NCBI GenBank assembly: GCA_019636215.1
Contig: JAHBXZ010000015.1
Location: 11,540-75,539 of the forward strand
Reading direction: 5' to 3'
Length of the DNA stretch: 64,000 nt
From: Planctomycetota bacterium
GTDB lineage: Bacteria > Planctomycetota > UBA8742 > UBA2392
Made by a program: the position numbers and the translations under genes. Below, in pieces: positions 36,450 to 45,878 of this stretch. Numbering within the stretch: position 1 is the stretch's first letter; each line of letters opens with the position of its first letter. The notes beneath the pieces are model-generated. The model was not told where the DNA came from. It did no database searches and worked only from the letters and a program-made list of their open reading frames with translations.

Positions 36450-37553
36450 TTGCGTTTGACCCGATTTGCCATCCCTGGATTGCTGGTAGCCGGCGTGGCC
36501 GCCCTGGTGGTCAGCTTTGCTGCCGCCCAGGCGCGCGAGCCCTACGACTTCAGCGTTGACCTGGAAAAGCAGGACATCACCGCGGCGGCGGGCGAACTTG
36601 TCATTGAGCCGCGTTTTCGCGCCGTGGCCGATGACCGCTTTCCCTACGAGGTGTACTTCAACGCGCACCGCCGCGGCCACAGCACCCAGGACGGCAAGGC
36701 GATTGACGCGTTTGTGCGCCACGAAAACTTCACCGGCCTGGTGATGCTGGAACTGGCCGAAGACGAACAGGAAGGCCGGTCGGACCTGCGCCTGGCCATG
36801 CAGTACGAACAGTGGAGCCTGCTGGTAGACAACGGCCGCGCGCGCTACAGCGGCTATGTCGGGCCTGCCCGCGACGGCCGCACCGCCAAGTTCCAGGAGA
36901 TCCATGCCGACGGCACCCGCACCGATGTGGCCAACATTCCCGGCTGGGTGGGCGTGAATGCCGGCACCATGGAAGGCAAGCGCAGCAACCAGGCGTTGCC
37001 CGGTTCCGGGTCTGCGTTTTTCAGCGTGGACGACCAGGGCCGCCTTTACAACACACAGTACTTTGGCGACTACAACGACGCCGACGCGCGCAACCACCCC
37101 GGCAACCTGATTGACCCGGTGCACGTGGCGCTTGGCATGAATGCCGAGTTCGCCAAGGGCGCCAGGCTGAAGATCGGCGAAACCACAGAGGTCACCCGCC
37201 GGTTTGCCCTGGGCGTGCTGCCCGGCGCAACGGCCGAGTACCGGTTTGTGTACAAGCTGGAACGCCTGTACGGCACGCTGGCCGAACCCACGGCGGCAAA
37301 GTTCAGCTTCACGGCCACGCCGCTGGTGGCCCAGCACACGCAGACAGTCAACGGCATGCAGGTGTCGTTTGCAGCACCCGAGATCAAGGAAGGCATGCTG
37401 GTGTATGACCTTGCCAAGGGCGTGGCGGCCGACGTGACATGGAAGGTGTCCGTGGCCGGCACGGTGGCACAGGGCAGTTCACTGCGCACCGAGTTTCATG
37501 TGGATTCTGATTATCGTGCCTCTCTGCGGCGCAAGCCGAAGACGGCTGGTTAA
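36450..37553 (+). CDS. Hypothetical secreted protein
   Basis: 367 aa with a TTG start and signal peptide (GLLVAGVAALVVSFAAAQA). No motif recognised. Confidence 0.65.
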   Translation: MRLTRFAIPGLLVAGVAALVVSFAAAQAREPYDFSVDLEKQDITAAAGELVIEPRFRAVADDRFPYEVYFNAHRRGHSTQDGKAIDAFVRHENFTGLVMLELAEDEQEGRSDLRLAMQYEQWSLLVDNGRARYSGYVGPARDGRTAKFQEIHADGTRTDVANIPGWVGVNAGTMEGKRSNQALPGSGSAFFSVDDQGRLYNTQYFGDYNDADARNHPGNLIDPVHVALGMNAEFAKGARLKIGETTEVTRRFALGVLPGATAEYRFVYKLERLYGTLAEPTAAKFSFTATPLVAQHTQTVNGMQVSFAAPEIKEGMLVYDLAKGVAADVTWKVSVAGTVAQGSSLRTEFHVDSDYRASLRRKPKTAG

Positions 37554-37678
37554 CACGGCGGCCGTTACGGGCCGCCTTTACAATTTTACGGACGGGGCGG
37601 TTGTTCCGTCCGGGAGACGAGAAGGATCAGCGGTTTCACGGTTGGCTCGCGTCGCCCGCGAGTGCCGTAGACGAAGCC

Positions 37679-38368
37679 ATGGCCATCAGCAGGTACCGGG
37701 TGCGCTTTGAAAAACGCGACGCACTGCGTTTCATCAGCCACCACGATCTCATGCGGGTCTTCGAGCTGGCCTTGCGCCGTTCGGGGCTGAAAGTGGCCTT
37801 TACCCAGGGGTTCAACCCGCACCCCCGGCTTTCGTTTGCGCTTGCCCTGCCGCTTGGGGTCGAGAGTTTCGACGAACTTGTCGACATCGACCTCGAGCAC
37901 GGGGCGCAGCCACTGGATCCCGCGCAGCTTGTGCAGGTTCTCGGTCTGCAGATGCCGTCCGGCCTTGTGCTGCTGGACGCGCGGATTGCAACCGGGCGCC
38001 CGCATGTGGTTGCCGCGGAATACCACTGCGAGCTGCCGCCAGGCCGCGATCCCGTCGAGTTGCAGGCCAGGCTGGACGCCTTTCTGTCCGGCACAAGCCA
38101 CCCGTATTCGCGTTCGCGCGGAGACGACAAGGCGGCACGCAACTTTGACGCGCGGGCCTTTGTGCTTGCGGCCTCGATTGGGCAGGGGCGGCTTTTCATG
38201 CGCCTGCGCACCGGCGCATCGGGCGGCATGAAGCCGTCGGACCTGCTGACAATCCTGGGGCTCGATCCTCTGGCCGTGCTGGTCACAAAGACCCGCACCG
38301 TGCTGGACGAAACTCTCCCGGGCACCGCCTCCAGCGAGCCTGAAAATACGGCTCAGCAAGGGGAGTAA
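37679..38368 (+). CDS. DUF2344 / radical-SAM-linked protein family
   Basis: RYRVRFEKRDALRFISHHDLMRVFELALRRSGLKVAFTQGFNPHPRLSFALALPLGVES. Its stop abuts the RNase E/G start (TAAATG). Confidence 0.85.
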   Translation: MAISRYRVRFEKRDALRFISHHDLMRVFELALRRSGLKVAFTQGFNPHPRLSFALALPLGVESFDELVDIDLEHGAQPLDPAQLVQVLGLQMPSGLVLLDARIATGRPHVVAAEYHCELPPGRDPVELQARLDAFLSGTSHPYSRSRGDDKAARNFDARAFVLAASIGQGRLFMRLRTGASGGMKPSDLLTILGLDPLAVLVTKTRTVLDETLPGTASSEPENTAQQGE

Positions 38369-41300
38369 ATGGCCCGCAGGATTCTGATGAACGTCGCCGA
38401 TGGCGATGAATGCCGTATCGCGGTAATCGAAGACAACCGGCTGTTTGAATACTTCGTGGACCGGCCCAGCCAGCTCAAGCACGTCGGCAACATCTACAAG
38501 GGCATGATCCAGAACGTCGAGCCCGGCATCCAGGCCGCGTTTGTGGACATCGGCCTGGAGCGCAACGGCTTTCTGCACGTCAGCGACGTGCTGTATGCCT
38601 ATGAGGGCAACCCGCCGCTTTCGCAGCTTTTCCCGCGCACCCTGCGCATTCGCGAGCCGCTGCCCGACGACGCCATGCTGGCTGGTTCCGGCGAACAGGA
38701 CGTAGAAGAAGTGCACGAGTTCGTGGGCGACGGCCAGGCCGCCCAGCAACGCCACGACGAAGGCAGCAACGGCGATGCCGCCGCGGAAAACGGGGGCCCG
38801 CGCGAGGCCGAGTTCCTGGACAAGCTGAACGAAACCCAGACCGGCCACCGCGTCACGGATTCACCCCTGAATGTTCCCCCGGTGGCACCAGAGCCCATGC
38901 CGGAAAATTCAAACCCGGCCCCGGCGCAACAGGCAGATGACCAAGGCGATGGCGACGACGACGATGACGATGATGACGCCACCGAGGACGGCAACCAGCC
39001 GCCGGCCGCCCAGAGTGGCCCCGGCGGTGTGAACCCGCCCCCGCAGCTTGGGCCCGACGGCCTGCCTCTGCGCAAACGTCGCCGGCGCGGTCGCCGTGGC
39101 GGGCGCCGCCGTCGCGAGGCCCGCGAAGCCGCAGCCCGCACGGACCAGCCGGGAACTTCCGCGCCGGCCCCCGTGCAGCAGGCCGGTGAGCATCGGCCCG
39201 CGCCGCAGGCACAGCAGTCGCCGGAGCCAGTTGCCCCGCCGCAGCCGCCGCAAAGCACGCAGGCGCCACAGCAACCCGCGCCGGAAAACACTGCCCCCGT
39301 GGCGCCCCAGGAGGCGCCATCGGCGGAGCGTGAAGACGCATCCAACCGCCCCAGAAGGCGCCGCCTGCCCAAGAAACGCGGCGGCCACCTGCCCAAGCGC
39401 CTGTTTGAAACCGCCGATCCCGAGACCCTTCCGCCCGGCACCCAGCCGCCGGCGTCTTCTTCCGGTGGCGACGGCCTGCCGCCGCCCGATGGCCCGGCCC
39501 TGCGCTTTCACCGCGGCCCGCTGCCCAAGATCCAGGGCCTGCTGCGCCGTGACCAGGAAGTCGTGGTGCAGGTAGCCAAGGCCAGCCAGGGCGGCAAGGG
39601 CCCCGGCCTTACCAGCATGATCAGCCTGCCCGGCCGTTACATGGTGCTGACGCCCAACAGCCAGCGCGGCGGTGTAAGCCGCAAGATTGAAGACGGCGGC
39701 GCGCGCAATGAACTGCGCAAGATCCTGGACCGCCTGCCGGTGCCTGAAGGCATGGGCGTGATCATTCGTACTGCGGCGATCAACCGCAGCTTTGAAGATT
39801 TGAACCGCGACCTGACGTACCTGCTGCGCCTGTGGAATGTCATCACAACGCGCATTGCGGAGGCCCCCGCCCCGGCACTGCTGTACAGCGACAGCGACCC
39901 GGCCATCCGCACCGTGCGCGATTACTTCACGGCCGAAACCGACGAAATCGTGATTGACGACCGTGCGGTCTACGAGCGCGTGCTGGGTTTCTTTGACCAG
40001 TTGATGCCCAGCTTCAAGGATCGCGTGAAGCTGTACGACAAAGATGTGCCGCTGTTCTTTGCCGAAGGCATGGAAGGCCAGATTGACCGCATCTTTGACA
40101 AGAAGATCAACCTGAAGTCCGGCAGCTATCTGTTTGTGGAACAGACCGAGGCGCTGGTCAGCATTGACGTCAACAGCGGCAAGTTCACGTCCGCCGGCGA
40201 CGCCGAGCGCACGGCGTACCTGACCAACATGGAGGCCATACCGGAAATCTGCCGCCAGCTTCGGCTGCGGGACCTGGCCGGCATCGTGTGCTGCGACTTC
40301 ATCGACATGATGAGCGCCAAGCACCGCGCCGACGTCGAAAACACCCTGCGCCGCGAATTGCGCAAGGATCGCGCCCGCACCAAGGTGGCCCGCATGAGCC
40401 CCTTTGGCGTGATTGAAATGACCCGCCAGCGCATCCGGCCCAGCATCAAGAGTTACACCTACGTCAGTTGCCCCACCTGCAGCGGCTTTGGCATGGTGCA
40501 TTCGGCCGAGACCATGTGCCTGAGCCTGCTGCGCAAGATGAAGCTGGCACTGGGCGAAGACCGTGTGGTGGAACTGGTGGTGCAGGTTCACCCGCACGTG
40601 CTGTCGCACCTGCACAGCGAGTTCCGCGAAGACATCGACCTGCTTGAGGAAGAGTACGAAAAGCGCATCCTGTTCGAGTACGCCCGCGACCTCACACTCG
40701 GCCAGCAGCGCTTTTACTACCTGAACGACCGCCAGGCCCGAGTGGTCTATGACATGGACCAGCGCATCAACTCTTTCGTGCGCGACGAGGCCGCCAAGGT
40801 GCGCAGCAACGTGCCGGTGCCGATTGCCGCAACCGGGGCTTCGGGCACCACGTTCGGCGGTGAACGCCGCGATGGCAAGCGCCGCAGGCGCGGCGGCAGG
40901 CGCCAGCGCGAGCGCGAACAGGAACGCGCCAGCCGCGGCCAGCGCATACAGCAGGAATCCGACAAGGCCGTCAGCTTCGGCGCCGAACTGCCCGAATTGC
41001 CGCCCATGGAAGTAATCCGCGAACCTGCGGCGCAGGCCGCAGGCGGGCCCGACCACCGCGGGCAACGTCCGCAGGGTGACCGCCCGCAGGGTGACCGCCC
41101 GCGCGACGGCGGCCGCCGGGGTCGCCGCGGGCGCGGACGCGACCGTGGCCGCGACCGCGATCGCAACCGCCCGCCACAGCAGGCCGGGCAAGGCCCCGCT
41201 TCGCAGGGACAGAGCCCGGCCGGGGACGCGGCAGCCCGCACCGAGGCACCGGCACCGGCACCGGCCCAGGCCCAGCCGTCTTCGGCACCGGCCGAAAACC

Positions 41301-41536
41301 GGCCGTCCGCGGAACCTGCCGGCAAGAGCGGCGACCGCCAGACCAGCCGCCGGCGCAAGCCCGTCGCCGAGGCCAAGCCCCGCACCGGCAAACCCAAGGC
41401 CGAGGCCGCAGCGCCCAAGCCCGCAGCCAAGCCCGCCGCGCGGCGCAAGCCGGCGGCCAGGCCCGCAGGCAAGGCCGCAGCCGACAAGCCCAAGAAGCCC
41501 GCCGCAAGGCGCGCCCCGAAAAAGAAGGCCGAGTAG
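38369..41536 (+). CDS. rne: Ribonuclease E/G family protein with a giant disordered insertion in the S1 domain and an Arg/Pro-rich tail
   Basis: GNIYKGMIQNVEPGIQAAFVDIGLERNGFLHVSDV ... (about 317 aa of low-complexity sequence) ... LRRDQEVVVQVAKASQGGKGPGLTSMISLPGRYMVLTP, followed by the catalytic core (SIDVNSGKF, CDFIDM). Confidence 0.92.
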   Translation: MARRILMNVADGDECRIAVIEDNRLFEYFVDRPSQLKHVGNIYKGMIQNVEPGIQAAFVDIGLERNGFLHVSDVLYAYEGNPPLSQLFPRTLRIREPLPDDAMLAGSGEQDVEEVHEFVGDGQAAQQRHDEGSNGDAAAENGGPREAEFLDKLNETQTGHRVTDSPLNVPPVAPEPMPENSNPAPAQQADDQGDGDDDDDDDDATEDGNQPPAAQSGPGGVNPPPQLGPDGLPLRKRRRRGRRGGRRRREAREAAARTDQPGTSAPAPVQQAGEHRPAPQAQQSPEPVAPPQPPQSTQAPQQPAPENTAPVAPQEAPSAEREDASNRPRRRRLPKKRGGHLPKRLFETADPETLPPGTQPPASSSGGDGLPPPDGPALRFHRGPLPKIQGLLRRDQEVVVQVAKASQGGKGPGLTSMISLPGRYMVLTPNSQRGGVSRKIEDGGARNELRKILDRLPVPEGMGVIIRTAAINRSFEDLNRDLTYLLRLWNVITTRIAEAPAPALLYSDSDPAIRTVRDYFTAETDEIVIDDRAVYERVLGFFDQLMPSFKDRVKLYDKDVPLFFAEGMEGQIDRIFDKKINLKSGSYLFVEQTEALVSIDVNSGKFTSAGDAERTAYLTNMEAIPEICRQLRLRDLAGIVCCDFIDMMSAKHRADVENTLRRELRKDRARTKVARMSPFGVIEMTRQRIRPSIKSYTYVSCPTCSGFGMVHSAETMCLSLLRKMKLALGEDRVVELVVQVHPHVLSHLHSEFREDIDLLEEEYEKRILFEYARDLTLGQQRFYYLNDRQARVVYDMDQRINSFVRDEAAKVRSNVPVPIAATGASGTTFGGERRDGKRRRRGGRRQREREQERASRGQRIQQESDKAVSFGAELPELPPMEVIREPAAQAAGGPDHRGQRPQGDRPQGDRPRDGGRRGRRGRGRDRGRDRDRNRPPQQAGQGPASQGQSPAGDAAARTEAPAPAPAQAQPSSAPAENRPSAEPAGKSGDRQTSRRRKPVAEAKPRTGKPKAEAAAPKPAAKPAARRKPAARPAGKAAADKPKKPAARRAPKKKAE

Positions 41537-41542
41537 GCGCAA

Positions 41543-41580
41543 CCGCCCCGCGGCACGGATCTGTCCCGTGCCGCGGGCGG
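41543..41580 (+). terminator. GC-rich hairpin after rne
   Basis: CCGCCCCGCGGCACGG-ATCTGTC-CCGTGCCGCGGGCGG. No T-tract. Confidence 0.5.
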
Positions 41581-41623
41581 CTGCCATGCACCGGCCTGTC
41601 CCGGCCCCTGTTATCCTGAAGCC

Positions 41624-42163
41624 ATGGCCCGTCCGCACACATCCGGCACATTCATAGACCCGCCGCCGGGCGACTTTGTGGCACTGGACTTTGAGACCAG
41701 CGCGACACACCCCGGCAGCGCCTGCAGCATCGGCATTGTACGCGTTGAGCGCGGGCGCATCGCGCGCCGTGTGCGGCAGTTGATCCGCCCGCCCAATCAC
41801 GAAATCGGCTTTACGTACATCCACGGCCTGACCATGGCCGACCTGCACGACAAGCCCAGCTTCGGCCAGGCCTGGAAGATCCTGCGCGAGCTGTTTGAGG
41901 GCGTGGGGTTTCTGGCCGCGCACAACGCCGGCTTTGACCGCCGGGTGCTGGAGGCCTGCTGCCACGAGGCCGGTCACGACGTGCCCGACCTGCCCTGGGT
42001 GTGTACCGTGCGCCAGGCGCGCCGCGCGCTGGGCATCCGCCCGGCCAGCCTGGACAACGTGGCCCGGGTGATGGGCATCAAGCTGAACCACCACGACGCG
42101 CTGAGCGACGCCGAGGCCTGCGCGCGCATTGTGATGGCGGCGCGCAAGGCGCTGCGTTCATAG
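41624..42163 (+). CDS. DEDDh 3'-5' exonuclease (DnaQ/epsilon-like)
   Basis: Exo motifs ALDFETS, AHNAGFD and HHDALSDA. Confidence 0.85.
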   Translation: MARPHTSGTFIDPPPGDFVALDFETSATHPGSACSIGIVRVERGRIARRVRQLIRPPNHEIGFTYIHGLTMADLHDKPSFGQAWKILRELFEGVGFLAAHNAGFDRRVLEACCHEAGHDVPDLPWVCTVRQARRALGIRPASLDNVARVMGIKLNHHDALSDAEACARIVMAARKALRS

Positions 42164-42931
42164 CCCAAGGACGCCGCTGGCCGTGGCGGTGGTGCGGCGG
42201 GCTGTTTCTTCCAGGCTCAGGCCCCAGATCTCGGCCAGTTTCTCGGCCGTGTGGCGCACAAAGCCGGGCTCGTTGCGCCTGCCGCGTTGCGCCTGCGGGG
42301 CCAGGAACGGCGCGTCGGTTTCAATCACGACGTCTTCGGGCGTCAGGGCTGCGGCCGCGGCGCGAATCGGGTCGCATGACCTGTTCTTGAAGGTGATCTG
42401 CCCGGCAAAGCTCACCTTGAAGCCGAGTTCCTTCCAGCCCAGCGCTTCTTCGGGCCCGTCGCTGAAGCAGTGGGCAAAGCCCTTCCAGCCTCGCGGGTGC
42501 ACGCGGCGAATCAGCCGCTGGCAGATGCCAAAGGCCTCGCGGCTGTGGATGCACACGGGCTTGTCCGTTTCGCCGGCCAGTTCCAGCTGGCGTTCAAAGG
42601 CGGCCTCCTGCGCCGGCAGCGGCGAAGGCGACTTGACCGTATCAATGCCCATTTCGCCAAACAGGATGACTTCAGGTTCGCGCAGCAGGGCGCGGAACTC
42701 GGCGGCCACGGTGTCGGTGTAATGCACGGCGTCGTAGGGGTGGCAGCCGACGCTGGCGTAGACAAAGCCGGGGTGCGCGCGCGCCAGCGCAAGGGCCTGG
42801 CGTCCGCCCTGGGGCAGCATGCCGATGCACACCAGCCGTGTCACGCCCATGGCCCGGGCGCGGGCCAGCATCTCGTCGCGGTCGGCGGCGTAGTCTTCAA
42901 AGTTGATGTGGCAGTGGGTGTCAAACAGCAT
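42158..42931 (-). CDS. tatD: TatD-family metal-dependent hydrolase
   Basis: MLFDTHCHINFEDY... plus conserved His/Asp positions. Confidence 0.92.
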   Translation of the reverse strand: MLFDTHCHINFEDYAADRDEMLARARAMGVTRLVCIGMLPQGGRQALALARAHPGFVYASVGCHPYDAVHYTDTVAAEFRALLREPEVILFGEMGIDTVKSPSPLPAQEAAFERQLELAGETDKPVCIHSREAFGICQRLIRRVHPRGWKGFAHCFSDGPEEALGWKELGFKVSFAGQITFKNRSCDPIRAAAAALTPEDVVIETDAPFLAPQAQRGRRNEPGFVRHTAEKLAEIWGLSLEETARRTTATASGVLGL

Positions 42932-42971
42932 CGGGTTGACAGTCTACGGTTGATGGTTGACGGTCAAAGCC

Positions 42972-43125
42972 CCGGCCCGGCCCGCGCATCGGTCTGAACG
43001 CGACGCGCAAGCAAGCGCCATGGCCCCGGCATTGTCACCACGCCGGCCCGCGCATCGGTCTGAACGCGAAGCGTAAGCAAGCGCCATGACCCGGCATTGT
43101 CACCACGCCGGCCCGCGCATCGGGT
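42972..43125. repeat. Tandem repeat of about 65 bp, about 2.3 copies
   Basis: GGCCCGCGCATCGGTCTGAACGCGA(C/A)GCG(C/T)AAGCAAGCGCCATG(G/A)CC(C)CGGCATTGTCACCACGCC starts near 42979, 43045 and 43110. The last partial copy is the 3' end of ORF 43100..43903. Confidence 0.9.
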
Positions 43126-43903
43126 CCCAGAAGAACGTGCGCAGGTTCCCCCATTGAAAGCTGAAGCCCAGCGTAAATCCGTGCGTGGAAAGACCGTCGC
43201 CGTCCACGTTCATCCAGCGCCAGCCCGCGGCAACAAACAGGTGCCGGAGCACCTGCACGTGGGCACGGGCCGAAAAGTCGTTCACGCCGGTGCCGTCAAA
43301 AAACTGCGCGCGGCTTGCCCCGGCCTCCAGTTCCAGCGGCCACACCGGGTAGATGCTCAGACTGGCGCGAAAGGTCAGGCCGATGCGCGAAATGCCGGGT
43401 GTGTGGTCAAAGCCGGCCGCGCCCACGCCGAAGTCAGCATAGCCCAGCACCGGGATCGGCACCGTCACGCCGAAGTGCCCGCGCGCGTCGGTCACCTGCG
43501 CCCAGTTCTCCACGCGCCCGGCGTCGATGTAGTCGTGGTGCCGCATGCGGGCCAGTTGCAAGTAGCTGACATCAACAAAGAACAGCCCAATCCGCGCGCG
43601 CATCATCATGGATGCCCCGCGCAGGTGGTTGGGTGTCAGCCACAGGTCGGCCGTGAAATCGAACCAGATGTCCCGGGCCACCAGGTCGTCGGCCACGTCG
43701 ATGCCCACCGGCCCGTCATAATACGGGTACGGCGCGCGGTTGGCCCACAGGCCCCAGGGCGGCTTGATGGCCTGGCTGGGTTCGCGCAGGTCGTCGTCCA
43801 CGGCCAGCAGCGCGCGGCCTGCGCGGGCCGGCAGGCTGAACCCCTGTGCGCACAACGCACCGGGGGCAGCCAACAACAGGATCGCCAGAAGTCGCAAGGC
43901 CAT
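43100..43903 (-). CDS. Hypothetical outer-membrane beta-barrel-like protein
   Basis: Signal peptide MALRLLAILLLAAPGALCAQG, alternating beta-strand-like pattern and an aromatic C-terminal residue (...GPAW). Confidence 0.6.
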   Translation of the reverse strand: MALRLLAILLLAAPGALCAQGFSLPARAGRALLAVDDDLREPSQAIKPPWGLWANRAPYPYYDGPVGIDVADDLVARDIWFDFTADLWLTPNHLRGASMMMRARIGLFFVDVSYLQLARMRHHDYIDAGRVENWAQVTDARGHFGVTVPIPVLGYADFGVGAAGFDHTPGISRIGLTFRASLSIYPVWPLELEAGASRAQFFDGTGVNDFSARAHVQVLRHLFVAAGWRWMNVDGDGLSTHGFTLGFSFQWGNLRTFFWDPMRGPAW

Positions 43904-44009
43904 GAAGGGCCGGAGTATAGGCAGGATTGCCCGCCGCGGGCGGGCTTAAAGTTCTGCCATTGCCATCGCGGGTTCTGATACAATCGCTGGCCGCTCGCCG
44001 GAGACCTGC

Positions 44010-45875
44010 ATGCCCCTGATCGGACACCTTGCCCGCACGGCCGCCCTGGCGGCACCTTTCTTCCTCTTTAGTGCCCAGCCGCTGGCCCAGCCGCCCCAGC
44101 CCTCAAGCCAGAGCCTGCTGCAGGCTGCGCTGGAGGGACAGGAACTTGCCGCAGGCAAAGATGTCGCGGCCGGCACCCGCGTCAAATCGAGCGTTACAGG
44201 CCTGGGCTTCAAGTTGCCCGAGGGCCTCAGCGCCAGCTTCAGCCCTGCAGGCAACGCGTTGCTGCTGAAGGGCAGCGGAAAATGGGGCGTTGTGGTGGCG
44301 CGCACCGGGATGTCCGCCGACGAAATCAGCGCCATGTTCACCGAAGAAATGGACCTTACGTCCATGCACGACGACGCCTGGGCGGAGCGCGTGGGCGCAC
44401 CCAAGGTTGACGGCAAGAAAGTGTCCGCCACCTACGAGGGCGACGAAGTTTACGGCACCGCGCGCGGGCAGGTCGGGGCCGACGGCCAGGGCTTTGCCGT
44501 GCTGGTGCTGGCGCGTTCCAAGGCAGGCGCCGCCGCGGATGTGGCCGCCATCATGGATTCCCTGGCCTGGGCCGCGCCGCAGCACGAAAAGGCCCGCATG
44601 CACTGGCTGGGCCTGCTGGAGAACCAGCGCCTGTCCATCACCGAAGGCAGCGAAAGCCTGAATGTCGACCTGCGCAAGGACGGCACCTACACGCTGGTCT
44701 ACAAGGCCGAAAGTGAGTACCGCGAGGCCGGCAAGTGGCGCATCGAAATCGGCCCGGCCTGCGGCAACCTGGTGATGTCGCCGGATGGTGGCACAACCAA
44801 ATCGCTGTACCTGGCCGCCGAAGGCGACAAGGTCATTGTGGACGGCGCAAAGTACACCCGCGCACCGCTGGATGGCTCCAGGCCCGCAGAGGGCGGCACT
44901 GCCAAGACTGAACCCCGCCCCGCCGAGGCCGACGACAAAGGCAAGGCCCGCAAGGTCGAGGACGACCCGAACTGGAAAACCGACCAGAAAGAAGTCGATA
45001 AGCTCGATGGCACCGAACTCACCTTTGGCGTGGGCCACGAGGGCGGAAAGCGCCTCAAGACGGACTTTCTGGGACTATCGTTTGTGGTTCCCGCGGGTGT
45101 AAAGGGCGCGGGCGACGGCAAGGCCCCGATGTTCCTGATGCGCCCCGACGACCAGCGCGGGCTGGGCCTGGTGGTGATGCAGACAGGCATGACGGCGGCC
45201 TCGGGCGCAGCGTTTCTGCACGACGACATGGATCTGTCCAGCATCGAACAAGGCGTGGTGCTGAAGCCGCAGGGCCAGGCGCGCGTGGAGGGTGGCCGGA
45301 TCACGCAGGACTACGGCAATGAAACCTACACGGCCCGCGCCGTGATGGTGATCGGCCCAAGCGCCAACGCGCTTGGGGTGACGTTTGTGGGCGCCAAGGG
45401 CGACCGCGAGAAGCTGCACGGCTATGTCGATGCCGTGGTCAAATCCGTGCAGTTCGCCAAGCCGCAGGCCGAAACCCGGCGCGCCGAGCTGAGCAAACAA
45501 CTGCACGGCAAGTGCCTGCACATTTATCGGTACAAGCAATCCGGCAGCGGCGCCAACAGCTCCAGCTGGGAAACCAAAATCTGGTACCACTTCGGCAGCG
45601 ATGGCAGCTACTTCTACCAGTACAAGTTTGTCAGCGACCATTACGTCAAGGGCACCGACGGCGGCGGCAACGACACATTCCGCGGCGGCGCGGCCCAGGA
45701 CAACTACCGCGAAGAAAAGGGCAACTGGTCGATCGAGTTCAACATGACCGGCGTCGCGCTGGTGCTGAAGGCCGAGAACGGCACACAGGTCACCCACCAG
45801 TTGCGGGTGGAAGCCAGCAAGGTGTTCATGAACGAAGAAGAAGTCACCGTGGGCAACAGCGACAAAAAGCGCTGA
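44010..45875 (+). CDS. Hypothetical secreted protein
   Basis: 621-aa ORF with a signal peptide. No motif recognised. Confidence 0.65.
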   Translation: MPLIGHLARTAALAAPFFLFSAQPLAQPPQPSSQSLLQAALEGQELAAGKDVAAGTRVKSSVTGLGFKLPEGLSASFSPAGNALLLKGSGKWGVVVARTGMSADEISAMFTEEMDLTSMHDDAWAERVGAPKVDGKKVSATYEGDEVYGTARGQVGADGQGFAVLVLARSKAGAAADVAAIMDSLAWAAPQHEKARMHWLGLLENQRLSITEGSESLNVDLRKDGTYTLVYKAESEYREAGKWRIEIGPACGNLVMSPDGGTTKSLYLAAEGDKVIVDGAKYTRAPLDGSRPAEGGTAKTEPRPAEADDKGKARKVEDDPNWKTDQKEVDKLDGTELTFGVGHEGGKRLKTDFLGLSFVVPAGVKGAGDGKAPMFLMRPDDQRGLGLVVMQTGMTAASGAAFLHDDMDLSSIEQGVVLKPQGQARVEGGRITQDYGNETYTARAVMVIGPSANALGVTFVGAKGDREKLHGYVDAVVKSVQFAKPQAETRRAELSKQLHGKCLHIYRYKQSGSGANSSSWETKIWYHFGSDGSYFYQYKFVSDHYVKGTDGGGNDTFRGGAAQDNYREEKGNWSIEFNMTGVALVLKAENGTQVTHQLRVEASKVFMNEEEVTVGNSDKKR

Positions 45876-45878
45876 CGC

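Noticed and set aside
38909-42094. 1061-aa ORF on the - strand
   Set aside because: It is antisense to the RNase E/G and exonuclease genes. Low-complexity Arg/Ala/Gly translation; a GC-driven shadow ORF.
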